Positions 31,795 to 41,560 of a DNA stretch of 46,209 nucleotides are shown in pieces. The translations under genes were made by a program, and so were the position numbers. This stretch comes from Pseudomonadaceae bacterium (GTDB lineage Bacteria; Pseudomonadota; Gammaproteobacteria; Pseudomonadales; Halomonadaceae): positions 1-46,209 of the forward strand of contig JAAYGA010000233.1 of NCBI GenBank assembly GCA_012727935.1. Direction: 5' to 3'. Under the pieces are notes generated by a model. The model saw only the letters and a list, made by a program, of their open reading frames with translations. It was not told where the DNA came from and did not search any database. Within the stretch, counting starts at the first letter, position 1. Every line of letters starts with the position of its first letter.

Positions 31795-32435
31795 TCTTTT
31801 TCCTGCTTAACTAACACCAGTAAATGCCTTTGACCTTCTTCATTGGGTACTTGTAACAAGTGGCTTTGCTTGCAAATATATCCTTCTGGTAATTCAGCTA
31901 GCTCGTCTTCCGGATACAAACCCTTCATCGCCAACCAGCGTGCATCTTCAGAAGCTAAGGGCTGGGTTAGTTTCACAAAGTCTTTCAAGCTAGCAAAAGC
32001 ACGGCTTACCAGCTGCTTGCTTTTTGCTGGTAATTGTAAGTTTTCAGCACGCACCTGCTTTACTTCAAAATTATTTAATTTTAGTGAGGTTTTTACTTGG
32101 AACTGAAAACGGGTTTTTTTGCCATTAGAATCTAAAGATAAGACTTGCAAATCAGGCTTCATAATGGCTAAAGGAATGCTGGGTAAACCAGCACCTGAAC
32201 CAATATCGGTTAGTTCACCGGCTTGTACAAAAGGCAAAATAGACAAGCTGTCTAACAGGTGGCGATCAATCATTTCAACAGGGTCACGTACAGCGGTTAG
32301 GTTATAAGCTTTATTCCACTTAATTAGCAAGGCTAGGTAACTAAGCAACTGTTCCACCTGCAAATCACTGGCTGTAATCTGCATTTTTTCTAAGCCTGCA
32401 CGTAATCTTGTTTCAAACTCTGTCTCTGCAAGCAT
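31791..32435 (-). CDS. rsmG: 16S rRNA m7G527 methyltransferase (GidB)
   Basis: KWNKAYNLTAVR, RHLLDSL, DIGSGAGLPSIPLAI, SRAFASL. Confidence 0.97.
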   Translation of the reverse strand: MLAETEFETRLRAGLEKMQITASDLQVEQLLSYLALLIKWNKAYNLTAVRDPVEMIDRHLLDSLSILPFVQAGELTDIGSGAGLPSIPLAIMKPDLQVLSLDSNGKKTRFQFQVKTSLKLNNFEVKQVRAENLQLPAKSKQLVSRAFASLKDFVKLTQPLASEDARWLAMKGLYPEDELAELPEGYICKQSHLLQVPNEEGQRHLLVLVKQEKE

Positions 32436-32436
32436 A

Positions 32437-34317
32437 CTATTTCACCAACATTGAACGTTTTTTAAGATGTACAAGCAGCATAGACACAGCAGCAGGTGTC
32501 ACACCAGGAATACGTCCAGCTTGTGCCAAAGTAGCAGGGCGCACATTGGTTAGCTTATTCTTAATCTCATTCGATAAACCGCTAACCTGAGTGTAATCCA
32601 AATCTTGGGGTAGCAAAGTGTCTTCTTGTCGTCTTACGCGGCGAATATCTTCTGCTTGGCGGTCAATATAACCGGCATATTTTATTTGAATTTGTACCTG
32701 CTCTTGCACTTGAGGATCGACAGGTAATTCCCCCGGCGCAAGGTGGGCTAAATCCCAATAATCTAATTCTGGACGTTTAAGCAAATCAAGTAGAGGCTGC
32801 TCTCGGCTTAAGGGCTGCTCTAACTTATTACTTAGGCTCTCTGCTTCAGGTGTGTTGGGGTGAATAAAAGTATCTTTTAAGCGAGCTTTTTCAAGTTCTA
32901 TGGCTTCACGCTTGGTTTCAAAAGCTGCCCAACGCACATCATCAACTAAGCCTAGTTCGCGGCCTTTTTCTGTTAAGCGTAAATCTGCGTTATCTTCGCG
33001 AAGTAGCAAACGGTATTCAGCACGGGAAGTAAACATCCGATAGGGTTCAGAAGTACCTAACGTAATTAAATCATCCACCAATACGCCCAAATAGGCTTCG
33101 TCGCGCCTTGGACACCAACCTTCTTTGCCTTGCACTCGACAGGCTGCATTCATACCGGCTAACAAGCCTTGTGCCGCTGCTTCTTCATAGCCGGTGGTGC
33201 CATTAATTTGCCCAGCAAAAAACAGGTTGTGGATAACTTTAGTTTCTAGCGTGGGTTGTAAATCTTGTGGGTTAAAAAAGTCATACTCAATTGCATAACC
33301 TGGCCTTGTTATGTGAGCATTTTCCATGCCACGAATGGTGCGTACTAGATCAATTTGCACATCAAAGGGCAGTGAAGTTGAAATGCCATTTGGGTAAAGC
33401 TCATGCGTTGTTAACCCTTCCGGTTCCATAAAAATTTGGTGGCTGCTTTTGTCAGCAAAACGATGAATTTTATCTTCAATGGAAGGGCAGTAACGCGGCC
33501 CTATGCCTTCAATCACTCCAGCATACATGGGCGATCTATCAAGATTATTACGAATAATTTCGTGGGTGCGTTCATTGGTGTGGGTGATGTAACAGCTAAT
33601 CTGTTCTGGGTGGTGCTCTACTTTGCCCAAATAAGACATTACCGGCAAAATTAAATCACTTGCCTGTGCTTCCATCACTGAAAAATCAACACTGCGTGCA
33701 TCAATTCTTGGTGGTGTGCCTGTTTTTAAACGACCAACCCGAAGTGGCAATTCTCTAAGCCTTGCAGCCAAAGCCGTTGAGGGTGGGTCACCAGCACGAC
33801 CCCCTGAATAATTTTGTAAACCTAGGTGAATAACGCCACCCAAAAATGTACCGGTAGTAAGCACAACGCTAGTGGCATAAATTTTAATGCCCGTTTGGGT
33901 AATCGCACCACAAATATTGTCGCCCTGAACAATTAAGTCGTCTGCCGCTTGTTGAAAAATTTGTAAATTAGGCTGATTTTCTAACACTTTACGAATAGCA
34001 GCCTTGTAAAGCACGCGGTCTGCTTGGGCTCTGGTTGCTCTGACAGCAGGGCCTTTACGTGAATTTAATACTCGAAATTGAATACCTGATAAATCAGTGG
34101 CCTGTGCCATAGCACCACCCAATGCATCAACTTCACGCACTAGGTGACTTTTGCCTATTCCACCAATGGCTGGGTTACAAGACATCTGCCCGAGTGTTTC
34201 CACATTGTGGGTTAGTAAAAGCGTTTTACAACCCATGCGTGCAGCAGCTAATGCAGCTTCCGTTCCAGCATGGCCACCGCCAATAACCAGTACATCAAAG
34301 CGGGTTGGGTAATCCAC
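32437..34317 (-). CDS. mnmG: tRNA uridine-34 modification enzyme (GidA)
   Basis: [51 protein letters not shown] at 34317 is better spaced from GAGGTG than GTG at 34323. Confidence 0.98.
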   Translation of the reverse strand: MDYPTRFDVLVIGGGHAGTEAALAAARMGCKTLLLTHNVETLGQMSCNPAIGGIGKSHLVREVDALGGAMAQATDLSGIQFRVLNSRKGPAVRATRAQADRVLYKAAIRKVLENQPNLQIFQQAADDLIVQGDNICGAITQTGIKIYATSVVLTTGTFLGGVIHLGLQNYSGGRAGDPPSTALAARLRELPLRVGRLKTGTPPRIDARSVDFSVMEAQASDLILPVMSYLGKVEHHPEQISCYITHTNERTHEIIRNNLDRSPMYAGVIEGIGPRYCPSIEDKIHRFADKSSHQIFMEPEGLTTHELYPNGISTSLPFDVQIDLVRTIRGMENAHITRPGYAIEYDFFNPQDLQPTLETKVIHNLFFAGQINGTTGYEEAAAQGLLAGMNAACRVQGKEGWCPRRDEAYLGVLVDDLITLGTSEPYRMFTSRAEYRLLLREDNADLRLTEKGRELGLVDDVRWAAFETKREAIELEKARLKDTFIHPNTPEAESLSNKLEQPLSREQPLLDLLKRPELDYWDLAHLAPGELPVDPQVQEQVQIQIKYAGYIDRQAEDIRRVRRQEDTLLPQDLDYTQVSGLSNEIKNKLTNVRPATLAQAGRIPGVTPAAVSMLLVHLKKRSMLVK

Positions 34318-34399
34318 AGACACACCTCAAGAAATATTTCTAAGTAAAGCCGCTGATTATAGCCTGAAAATTGCTCTACCACAGCAGAAATCTACTTAC

Positions 34400-34665
34400 T
34401 CCCTATCAACAATAATAATAGTAATTATATAAGTTCTTTTAATACTGTTATTATTATTAGTGTGGACAGTTTCTGTGGATAACCCCTTCAAAGCCTTTGT
34501 TTATGTGGCTTACAGAATTGGATAACTAGGAGGGTTAGCTTGGTATGAGGTGTAATAAACCTGAGTACAGCTTGTGCATAAGTAGATGTTTTATCCACAA
34601 GCGAAAAATACCTACCTAGTTAAGCGCAGGTTATAAGCCAGTAAACACTCTACTTAACCACAGGC
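34400..34665. other. Origin-like region between mnmG and mnmE (oriC2-type): AT-rich DUE plus DnaA boxes
   Basis: AT-rich 34411-34460 with TAA/TAG triplet repeats. Boxes TGTGGATAA 34474, TGTGCATAA 34573, TTATCCACA 34591, TTAACCACA 34654; weaker boxes at 34461 and 34517. Confidence 0.85.
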
Positions 34666-34704
34666 TTAATCTGCTATAAAATACTTAACTTGGTAAATAA
34701 GTTT

Positions 34705-34746
34705 AAAAAAAAGCTGGCTGGGGTGAAATTTCCACCCCAGCCAGCT
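34705..34746 (-). terminator. Rho-independent terminator after mnmE
   Basis: 14-bp perfect stem AGCTGGCTGGGGTG / CACCCCAGCCAGCT with a T run on the minus strand. It would shield the origin-like region from read-through. Confidence 0.9.
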
Positions 34747-34785
34747 AAAATTTAGTTTTAACTTAGTGCTTAAATACTAATAAGC

Positions 34786-36150
34786 TTATTTACCAATACA
34801 AAACTCACCAAAAATTTTGCCTAATAAATCATCAGCAGTAAATTTACCTGTTATTTCAGCAAGGCTTTCTTGTGCGCTGCGTAAATCTTCTGCTAGCAGC
34901 TCACCAGCACCGTTTAATTCCAGCTGCTGTCTACCCTTGTGGATAACTTGACTTGCCCTTTGTAACGCATCTAGGTGGCGACGACGAGCTGAAAACCCAC
35001 CTTCAGTAGTATTTTGTAAGCCCATCACTTGTTTTAGGTGTTGCCTTAAATTATCCACACCCACAAGTTGCTTAGCGGCAATACGAATGACTGGTGGGCT
35101 TGTGGATAAATCAGCTGTTGCTGCTTCTGCGGTTAAATCTATTTTATTTCTTACTAGGGTTAAACGCTCTGGATAAGGTAAACGCTTAACAAACTCTGGC
35201 CAAATTTCTAAAGGGTCTAAGCTAGTTGTTTCTTGTGCATCGACTAAAAGTAAAACTCGGTCGGCTTTTTCTATTTCTTGCCAAGCCCTTTCGACACCTA
35301 GCTGCTCTACTAAATCTTCAGTTTCTCTTAACCCAGCAGTGTCAATTAAATGCAGTGGCATACCATCAATGTGGATATGTTCTTTTAAAACATCGCGAGT
35401 AGTACCAGCAATTTCAGTGACTAGGGCTTTATCATAACCAGCCAAGGCATTCATTAGGCTAGATTTACCCGCATTAGGTCTGCCAGCTAAGACTACATTC
35501 ATACCTTCACGCATTAAAAAGCCTTGCTGGGCTTCATTTTTTACTGCTTCTAGCTGGTCAATAATTGCGTATAAGTCTTCTTTAACCTTGCCATCGCTTA
35601 TAAAGTCAATTTCTTCTTCAGGAAAATCAATGGCTGCTTCAACGTACATGCGTAGATGAATTAACTTATCCACAAGGGCATGAACTTTTTGCGAAAAAAC
35701 ACCCTGCAAAGATTTAAGGGCATTGTCGGCTGCTTGGCGTGAAGTGGCATCAATTAAATCAGCAATCGCTTCAGCTTGAGCTAAATCCATTTTATCGTTT
35801 AAAAACGCGCGCTGAGAAAACTCACCCGGCTGTGCCAAACGAACACCGGCTAATAATAAATTTTCTAATAAACGGTCGAGCAACATAGGCCCGCCATGCC
35901 CCTGAAACTCTAAAACATCTTCCCCAGTAAAAGAGTTAGGGCCAGGGAAAAAAAGAGCCAAACCTTCATCAATAACTTCACCTTGCAAGTCTAAAAAAGG
36001 CAGGTAATGGGCATAACGTGGTGTAGGGGTTATACCCAGAAGCTGTTTAGCTAGGGATTGGCATAATGCACCAGATACCCTAACAATACCGACCCCACCT
36101 CGGCCTGGTGGGGTAGCAACAGCGGCAATAGTGTCTTGCTGGCTCATCAT
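34786..36150 (-). CDS. mnmE: tRNA modification GTPase (TrmE)
   Basis: [35 protein letters not shown]-terminal FCIGK. Confidence 0.98.
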   Translation of the reverse strand: MMSQQDTIAAVATPPGRGGVGIVRVSGALCQSLAKQLLGITPTPRYAHYLPFLDLQGEVIDEGLALFFPGPNSFTGEDVLEFQGHGGPMLLDRLLENLLLAGVRLAQPGEFSQRAFLNDKMDLAQAEAIADLIDATSRQAADNALKSLQGVFSQKVHALVDKLIHLRMYVEAAIDFPEEEIDFISDGKVKEDLYAIIDQLEAVKNEAQQGFLMREGMNVVLAGRPNAGKSSLMNALAGYDKALVTEIAGTTRDVLKEHIHIDGMPLHLIDTAGLRETEDLVEQLGVERAWQEIEKADRVLLLVDAQETTSLDPLEIWPEFVKRLPYPERLTLVRNKIDLTAEAATADLSTSPPVIRIAAKQLVGVDNLRQHLKQVMGLQNTTEGGFSARRRHLDALQRASQVIHKGRQQLELNGAGELLAEDLRSAQESLAEITGKFTADDLLGKIFGEFCIGK

Positions 36151-36167
36151 ATTTTACTCTTAATAGC

Positions 36168-36192
36168 AAAACCCCCTCACTGGGAGGGGGTT
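36168..36192 (-). terminator. Hairpin/terminator between yidC and mnmE
   Basis: Minus strand AACCCCCTC-CCAGT-GAGGGGGTT followed by a short T run. Confidence 0.65.
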
Positions 36193-36200
36193 AGGTTGAA

Positions 36201-37871
36201 TCAACTTTTTTCTAATTTAACCTTATCTTTATCTTTGTCTTCATTTTCAATTTTTTGCGTAATGTACCATTGCTGTAAAATTGACAAGATATTATTGACC
36301 ACCCAATAAAGCACTAGGCCAGCTGGGAAGAACAGGAAGAAGAAGGTGAAGATGATTGGTAGCATTTTCATAATCTTGGCCTGCATAGGATCTGGCGGCA
36401 CAGGATTTAGCATCTGCTGAACAAACATACTAGCACCCATAATAATGGGTAGAACAAAGTAAGGGTCTTTCATTGAAAGGTCTGCTATCCAAAGTATAAA
36501 GGGCGCATGACGCAATTCAACCGATTCCATTAACATCCAGTAGAGGGCAATAAACACCGGCATTTGTACCAAAATTGGTAGGCAGCCACCCATAGGATTA
36601 ATTTTTTCTTTCTTGTAAAGCTCCATCATCGCTTGTGAAAGCTTCTGACGGTCATCACCAGCATCTTCCTTAATACGCGCAAGCTTAGGAGCAACACGGC
36701 GCATATTTGCCATAGAACGGTAAGCAGTAGCAGATAACTTATAGAAGGCTGCTTTAATAGCTACGGTTACTAGAATAATGGCAAAACCCCAGTTACCAAC
36801 GTAACCATGAATAAAATCTAATAACCAGAATAAGGGTTGGGCAATAAACCATAGGAAGCCATAGTCAACGGTTAGTTCTAAGTTAGGCGCAACCGCTTTC
36901 ATGTCTTCTTGAATTTTAGGACCAATATAAACGTCTGCAAAAAGCTGAGCTGTATTGCCTGGCTCTACTAAATATTCAGAACCATTAAAGCCAACTATGT
37001 GGTTACCTGCCCTGTCTGTACGGGTACTGAAAAAACTACTTTCAGTTTGTGGCGGTATCCAAGAAGCAATAAAGTAGTGTTGTAGCATAGCTGCCCAACC
37101 GCCTACTGAATCGGCTTTAAAACCTTTATTTTTGATGTCGTCGAAATCAATTTTTTGATAGCGTTTTTCATCGGTTGAAAAAGCACCACCAAGATAAGCT
37201 TTCATGCCCATTGATTCACTTTGACTAGGATCAGCACTGGCATCACGCTTAATTAATCCAATAAAACTGGTGTTAAGCACACGGTTAGACTGGTTATTTA
37301 GCTGATAATCAACCTTAATTAAATGGCTGCCACGGGTAAAGGTGAAAGTTTTAGTTAATTCAACGCCTTCAACATTGGCTTTCAATTGCACTTGAAGTTG
37401 GTCTTGCCCCTGTTGTAAAACATAGGCATTTTTGGGGCTAGTTAAAACTAAACGCTGTGTATTTCCTAAGCCGCTTAAATCGCTTTGCACCACATAATGA
37501 CGCTGTTGGTCATCTTGTAATAATACAAAAGGCTGCTCAGAATTAACTTTATTTTTATGATTTAATAAGGCTGCATAAACTAGATCGCCACCTTTTGGGT
37601 TAATCCGAATGTCAAAAGTATCGGTTGTAACACTGATTAAACCTTGTGTTGTTGAAGCAGTGGACTGAATTGTTTCAGTTAAATTAGCCGGTCCACCCAG
37701 CTTTAAAACTTCATCGTCTTCAATCACTAAATTGTTATTAGGTGCTACTTGTTGAATCTGAGGTGCCTGAGCCTGAACATCTTGCTGCTGATAGTCGGTA
37801 TTCCACTGAAGTATCAGTAGATAGGCGACTACCGCCAGGGATGAAAAGAGCACTATGCGTTTTACGTCCAT
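36201..37871 (-). CDS. yidC: Membrane protein insertase
   Basis: AAMLQHYF, LELTVDYG, GNWGFAII, INPMGGCLPILVQMPVFIALY, PAGLVLYW. Confidence 0.98.
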   Translation of the reverse strand: MDVKRIVLFSSLAVVAYLLILQWNTDYQQQDVQAQAPQIQQVAPNNNLVIEDDEVLKLGGPANLTETIQSTASTTQGLISVTTDTFDIRINPKGGDLVYAALLNHKNKVNSEQPFVLLQDDQQRHYVVQSDLSGLGNTQRLVLTSPKNAYVLQQGQDQLQVQLKANVEGVELTKTFTFTRGSHLIKVDYQLNNQSNRVLNTSFIGLIKRDASADPSQSESMGMKAYLGGAFSTDEKRYQKIDFDDIKNKGFKADSVGGWAAMLQHYFIASWIPPQTESSFFSTRTDRAGNHIVGFNGSEYLVEPGNTAQLFADVYIGPKIQEDMKAVAPNLELTVDYGFLWFIAQPLFWLLDFIHGYVGNWGFAIILVTVAIKAAFYKLSATAYRSMANMRRVAPKLARIKEDAGDDRQKLSQAMMELYKKEKINPMGGCLPILVQMPVFIALYWMLMESVELRHAPFILWIADLSMKDPYFVLPIIMGASMFVQQMLNPVPPDPMQAKIMKMLPIIFTFFFLFFPAGLVLYWVVNNILSILQQWYITQKIENEDKDKDKVKLEKS

Positions 37872-37875
37872 GGGA

Positions 37876-38274
37876 TCATTGCCGCTTAATCGAGGAGGAT
37901 AAATTTGCAGTCGCTTTTTTTACGCGCCTACCGAGTTGTGGCCAAGCTTCTGTCAAGCTTTTGCTGAGTTCTTCAGTTGTGACTTGGCTGGCGCCTTTGA
38001 TGGCAAGAACAATAATATCAACGGGTGGCAGCTGCTGCTGGTTTAACCGAAACGATTCACGAAACATGCGCTTAAATCGATTACGAGTTACTGCTAATTT
38101 GATATTTTTCTTGCCAATTACAAAGCCTAAACGCGTTTCTTCTGACTTACTGGGTGCAGCAAGCAATAAAAAACCAGTGCAATAGACTTTGTAACGGGTA
38201 TTTTCAAAAACATAACGGAAATCCTCGGGCTTAAGAAGTCTAAGCTGTCGAGGATAACCGAAATTTTTTATCAT
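37876..38274 (-). CDS. rnpA: Ribonuclease P protein component
   Basis: RLLKPEDF, RLGFVIGKK, AVTRNRFKR (RNR motif), RESFRL. Confidence 0.96.
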   Translation of the reverse strand: MIKNFGYPRQLRLLKPEDFRYVFENTRYKVYCTGFLLLAAPSKSEETRLGFVIGKKNIKLAVTRNRFKRMFRESFRLNQQQLPPVDIIVLAIKGASQVTTEELSKSLTEAWPQLGRRVKKATANLSSSIKRQ

Positions 38275-38285
38275 CAGACTACCGC

Positions 38286-38420
38286 TTAAGCGGACAGACG
38301 CTGACGACCTTTGGCACGACGACGAGCCAGAACTTGACGACCAGCTTTAGTGGCCATACGAGCACGGAAACCGTGATTGCGCTTGCGTTTTAGTACGCTG
38401 GGCTGAAATGTACGTTTCAT
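38286..38420 (-). CDS. rpmH: 50S ribosomal protein L34
   Basis: Below the ORF-track cutoff. Manual translation [44 protein letters not shown]. Confidence 0.99.
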   Translation of the reverse strand: MKRTFQPSVLKRKRNHGFRARMATKAGRQVLARRRAKGRQRLSA

Positions 38421-38508
38421 TTTTTTTACTTCCACAGGGTATTGAAGGTTTAAGGAATCTCCATGGGTTGGAGACCCTAGAGAAACTTTTTTTGATGCAA
38501 GACCGGTG

Positions 38509-38537
38509 ATTTTAAAGCGTTCTTAGGCAAAGCGCAA
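38509..38537 (-). promoter_or_regulatory. Sigma70 promoter of the rpmH operon
   Basis: Minus strand TTGCGC (38537-38532), 17 bp, TAAAAT (38514-38509), then a GC-rich discriminator CACCGGTC. Confidence 0.6.
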
Positions 38538-38559
38538 TTTTTCCTTGCACCTTGTGAAC

Positions 38560-38872
38560 TATCCCCACAAAAAATAACTATAAATAAGAACTTAAAAGAT
38601 CTTTTATTACTATAATAACTATTAGGGTTTAAGAAAATTGTTGATAACTGCTTTTTTCTTTTATATTACAAAGAGTTAACCTATTAGCTAAGGCGGCTTT
38701 ATGTTACCCATAACCCTAGGTTAAGGTGTGCTTGGGCTGTGCATAACTTAGCGACTTACCCACAAGCAATTTTATACTCAGTATTATGCTTATCTTTTCC
38801 ATGCCTTTTAAGCCTTCTTATCCACATCCTTTTCTTTTTAAAAAAGTGGTGGTTTTCTTTGCTTGTGGATAA
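38560..38872. other. Origin of replication between rpmH and dnaA (oriC1-type)
   Basis: AT-rich 38570-38638 with a 13-mer-like GATCTTTTATTAC. Boxes TGTTGATAA 38639, TGTGCATAA 38738, TTACCCACA 38756, TTATACTCA 38772, TTATCCACA 38818, TGTGGATAA 38864. Gene orientation switches here. Confidence 0.88.
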
Positions 38873-38894
38873 CTTACTCTAAAACGGCTAGAAT
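38864..38894 (+). promoter_or_regulatory. dnaA promoter with an overlapping DnaA box (autoregulation)
   Basis: -10 TAGAAT at 38889-38894, a perfect DnaA box at 38864-38872 over the -35 region, RBS AGAGGAG at 38908-38914. Confidence 0.6.
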
Positions 38895-38921
38895 AATGCC
38901 ATTATTAAGAGGAGCAAAAAC

Positions 38922-40391
38922 GTGTCAGTTGATGATTTGTGGTCGAAGTGTTTGGCTATCTTAGAAAATGAAATTCCTGCTCAACAAATATCGACTTGGA
39001 TACGTCCTTTACAAGCAGAAATGAGTGGCCGCAGCTTACAATTGCTTGCTCCTAACCGTTTTGTTTTGCAGTGGGTGATCGACAAATATTCGGCGCGCTT
39101 ACAAGTGCTAGTACAAGAAATTTCAGCTGGGCAAGTGCCTGATGTGTGCTTTGCAGTAGGTACTAAAAAGCAGCCACTAGTGGGAATTTCTCCTACCCTG
39201 CCAGTGAATAACCTTGCGGTACAAAACTTACCCACTAGAAATGTGTCTTCCACTCCTTTTACTGAATACCAAGCTACTTCAACAAATTTAGCTGGTGAAA
39301 TTAATTCACAAGTGCAAGTTTTGCCTAAAACGCGTAAGCGTGAAGGCGCTCAGGTAGAAGGAGGGATAAAACATAATTCCACTCTTAACCCTGCACATAC
39401 TTTTGACAGCCTTGTTGAAGGTAAGTCTAACCAGTTAGCAAGAGCGGCTTCTTTTCAAGTTGCTGAAAACCCAGGGGGTGCCTATAACCCTTTGTTTATT
39501 TATGGTGGGGTTGGCTTAGGTAAAACCCACTTAATGCATGCTGTGGGTAACCAGATATTAAAACTTAACCCTAATGCTAAGGTGGTTTATCTTAATTCTG
39601 AACGCTTTGTACAAGATATGGTTAAAGCCTTGCAGTTAAATGCTATCAATGAATTTAAGCGTTATTACCGTAACCTTGATGCACTATTAATTGACGATAT
39701 TCAGTTTTTTGTTGGCAAAGACCGTTCACAAGAAGAATTTTTCCACACTTTTAATGCTTTATTGGAAGGTGGACAACAAATTATACTAACTTCTGATCGT
39801 TATCCAAAAGAAATTGGCGTTGAAGAAAGGTTAAAGAGTCGTTTTGGTTGGGGGCTTACGGTTGCTATTGAACCACCTGAATTAGAATTGCGCGTTGCCA
39901 TTCTTATGAAGAAAGCTGAAATTGCCAAGGTAGACTTACCACAAGAAGTGGCTTTTTTTATTGCCCAGAAAATTCGTTCTCATGTAAGGGATTTAGAAGG
40001 CGCACTGAATCGAGTTATCGCTGATTCACGCTTTAAAGGCCAGCCCATTAGTGTTGAACTTGTTCGCGAATCTTTAAAAGATTTATTTGCTGTGCAAGAT
40101 AAGCAGGTGGGCGTAGAAAACATTCAACGCACAGTTGCTGAATATTACAAAATTAAAATTGCCGATCTACACTCTAAGCGCCGCAACCGTTCCATTGCCA
40201 GACCAAGGCAAATGGCAATGGCTTTAGCTAAAGAATTAACCAACCATTCTTTACCTGAAATAGGCGATGCTTTTGGTGGCCGTGATCACACCACTGTTTT
40301 ACATGCTTGTCGAAAAATTAAGTCTTTACAGGATGAAAGCCCTGATATTCGTGAAGACTGGAAAAACCTGCTCCGTTTATTGACCAGTTAA
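38922..40391 (+). CDS. dnaA: Chromosomal replication initiator
   Basis: [42 protein letters not shown]; GTG start. Confidence 0.99.
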   Translation: MSVDDLWSKCLAILENEIPAQQISTWIRPLQAEMSGRSLQLLAPNRFVLQWVIDKYSARLQVLVQEISAGQVPDVCFAVGTKKQPLVGISPTLPVNNLAVQNLPTRNVSSTPFTEYQATSTNLAGEINSQVQVLPKTRKREGAQVEGGIKHNSTLNPAHTFDSLVEGKSNQLARAASFQVAENPGGAYNPLFIYGGVGLGKTHLMHAVGNQILKLNPNAKVVYLNSERFVQDMVKALQLNAINEFKRYYRNLDALLIDDIQFFVGKDRSQEEFFHTFNALLEGGQQIILTSDRYPKEIGVEERLKSRFGWGLTVAIEPPELELRVAILMKKAEIAKVDLPQEVAFFIAQKIRSHVRDLEGALNRVIADSRFKGQPISVELVRESLKDLFAVQDKQVGVENIQRTVAEYYKIKIADLHSKRRNRSIARPRQMAMALAKELTNHSLPEIGDAFGGRDHTTVLHACRKIKSLQDESPDIREDWKNLLRLLTS

Positions 40392-40407
40392 TTTTAAGGT
40401 TATTAAG

Positions 40408-41517
40408 ATGAAATTTTCCGTATCCCGCGAAACACTTTTACGCCCTCTTTCTATTATGGTGGGTGTGGTAGCACGTCGCCCAACCCTACCTATTCTTTCT
40501 CATATTCGTATTGATGCGAATGAAGAAGGGCTAACCTTAACGGGTCTAGATTTAGAAGTAGAGCTTACTTGGAAGTTAGGTTTACAACATTTAGAAGTGG
40601 GTGGCAGTATTACTGTGCCAGCCAAAAAGCTTTCCGACATTTGCCGTTCATTAAGCGAAGGTGCGCTGCTTGAATTTAGTGTCGATGAACAGCGGGTGGT
40701 AGTAAGGTCTGGCCGTAGCCGTTTTTTATTGGCAACCCTGCCTTCTTCTGAATTTCCTTCCATACAGTTAAGCCCTGTGAAACATCAGGTAACCTTGCCG
40801 CAAGGCCAGTTGTTAAATATTATTCGCCGTAATGATTTTGCTATGGCGCGACAAGATGTGCGTTTTTACCTTAACGGCATGTATTTTGAATTGTCGACTA
40901 ACCGCCTAAGAGCCGTTGCTACTGACGGTCACCGTTTAGCTATGGCTGATTCTCTTGTTCAGTTAGAAGATGTAGAAAAGTCGAGCATGATTGTGCCTGC
41001 CAAAGCAGTGAATGATTTAGCTAAGCTGTTAGATGACCTAGAAGAGCCAGTAACGTTAATTTTTGGTGAGCAGCACTTCCAAGTCAATATGGCCAATGCC
41101 ACCTTTGTTTCTAAGCACATTGAAGGCCGCTACCCTGATTACGAACAGGTGATTCCGCGCCAAAGTGACAAGCTGGTTATTTGTGATCGTTTAGAATTAC
41201 GTAAAATGTTGTCGCGTATTAGTATTTTGGCCAATGAAAAACTGCAAGGCATTCATTTGCAGCTAACCAACAATACCTTAACTTTAATTGCCAAAAACCC
41301 TGATCAAGAAGAGGCTGAAGAAAGTATGAATATTGATTATCAGGGCGAGCCGTTAGACATAGGTTTTAATGTGGGTTATTTGGTTGATGTAATGGACAAT
41401 ATTGGTGATCAAGTCGAAAAAGTACAAATTGCACTTTCTACACCAAGCGCCAGTGCGCTAATTCAAGCCGCCGGTGGTGGCGATGCATTTTATGTCATTA
41501 TGCCCATGCGTCTTTAG
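40408..41517 (+). CDS. dnaN: DNA polymerase III beta sliding clamp
   Basis: LPILSH, DLEVEL, QDVRFYLNG, VATDGHRLA, GFNVGYL, VIMPMRL. Confidence 0.98.
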   Translation: MKFSVSRETLLRPLSIMVGVVARRPTLPILSHIRIDANEEGLTLTGLDLEVELTWKLGLQHLEVGGSITVPAKKLSDICRSLSEGALLEFSVDEQRVVVRSGRSRFLLATLPSSEFPSIQLSPVKHQVTLPQGQLLNIIRRNDFAMARQDVRFYLNGMYFELSTNRLRAVATDGHRLAMADSLVQLEDVEKSSMIVPAKAVNDLAKLLDDLEEPVTLIFGEQHFQVNMANATFVSKHIEGRYPDYEQVIPRQSDKLVICDRLELRKMLSRISILANEKLQGIHLQLTNNTLTLIAKNPDQEEAEESMNIDYQGEPLDIGFNVGYLVDVMDNIGDQVEKVQIALSTPSASALIQAAGGGDAFYVIMPMRL

Positions 41518-41524
41518 TTTTTCT

Positions 41525-41551
41525 TAAGCCTGCCTTTAAAAAGCAGGCTTA
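41525..41551 (+). terminator. Hairpin between dnaN and recF (possible weak terminator)
   Basis: TAAGCCTGC-CTTTAAAAA-GCAGGCTTA followed by CCTTTCTTT and the recF ATG. Confidence 0.5.
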
Positions 41552-41560
41552 CCTTTCTTT

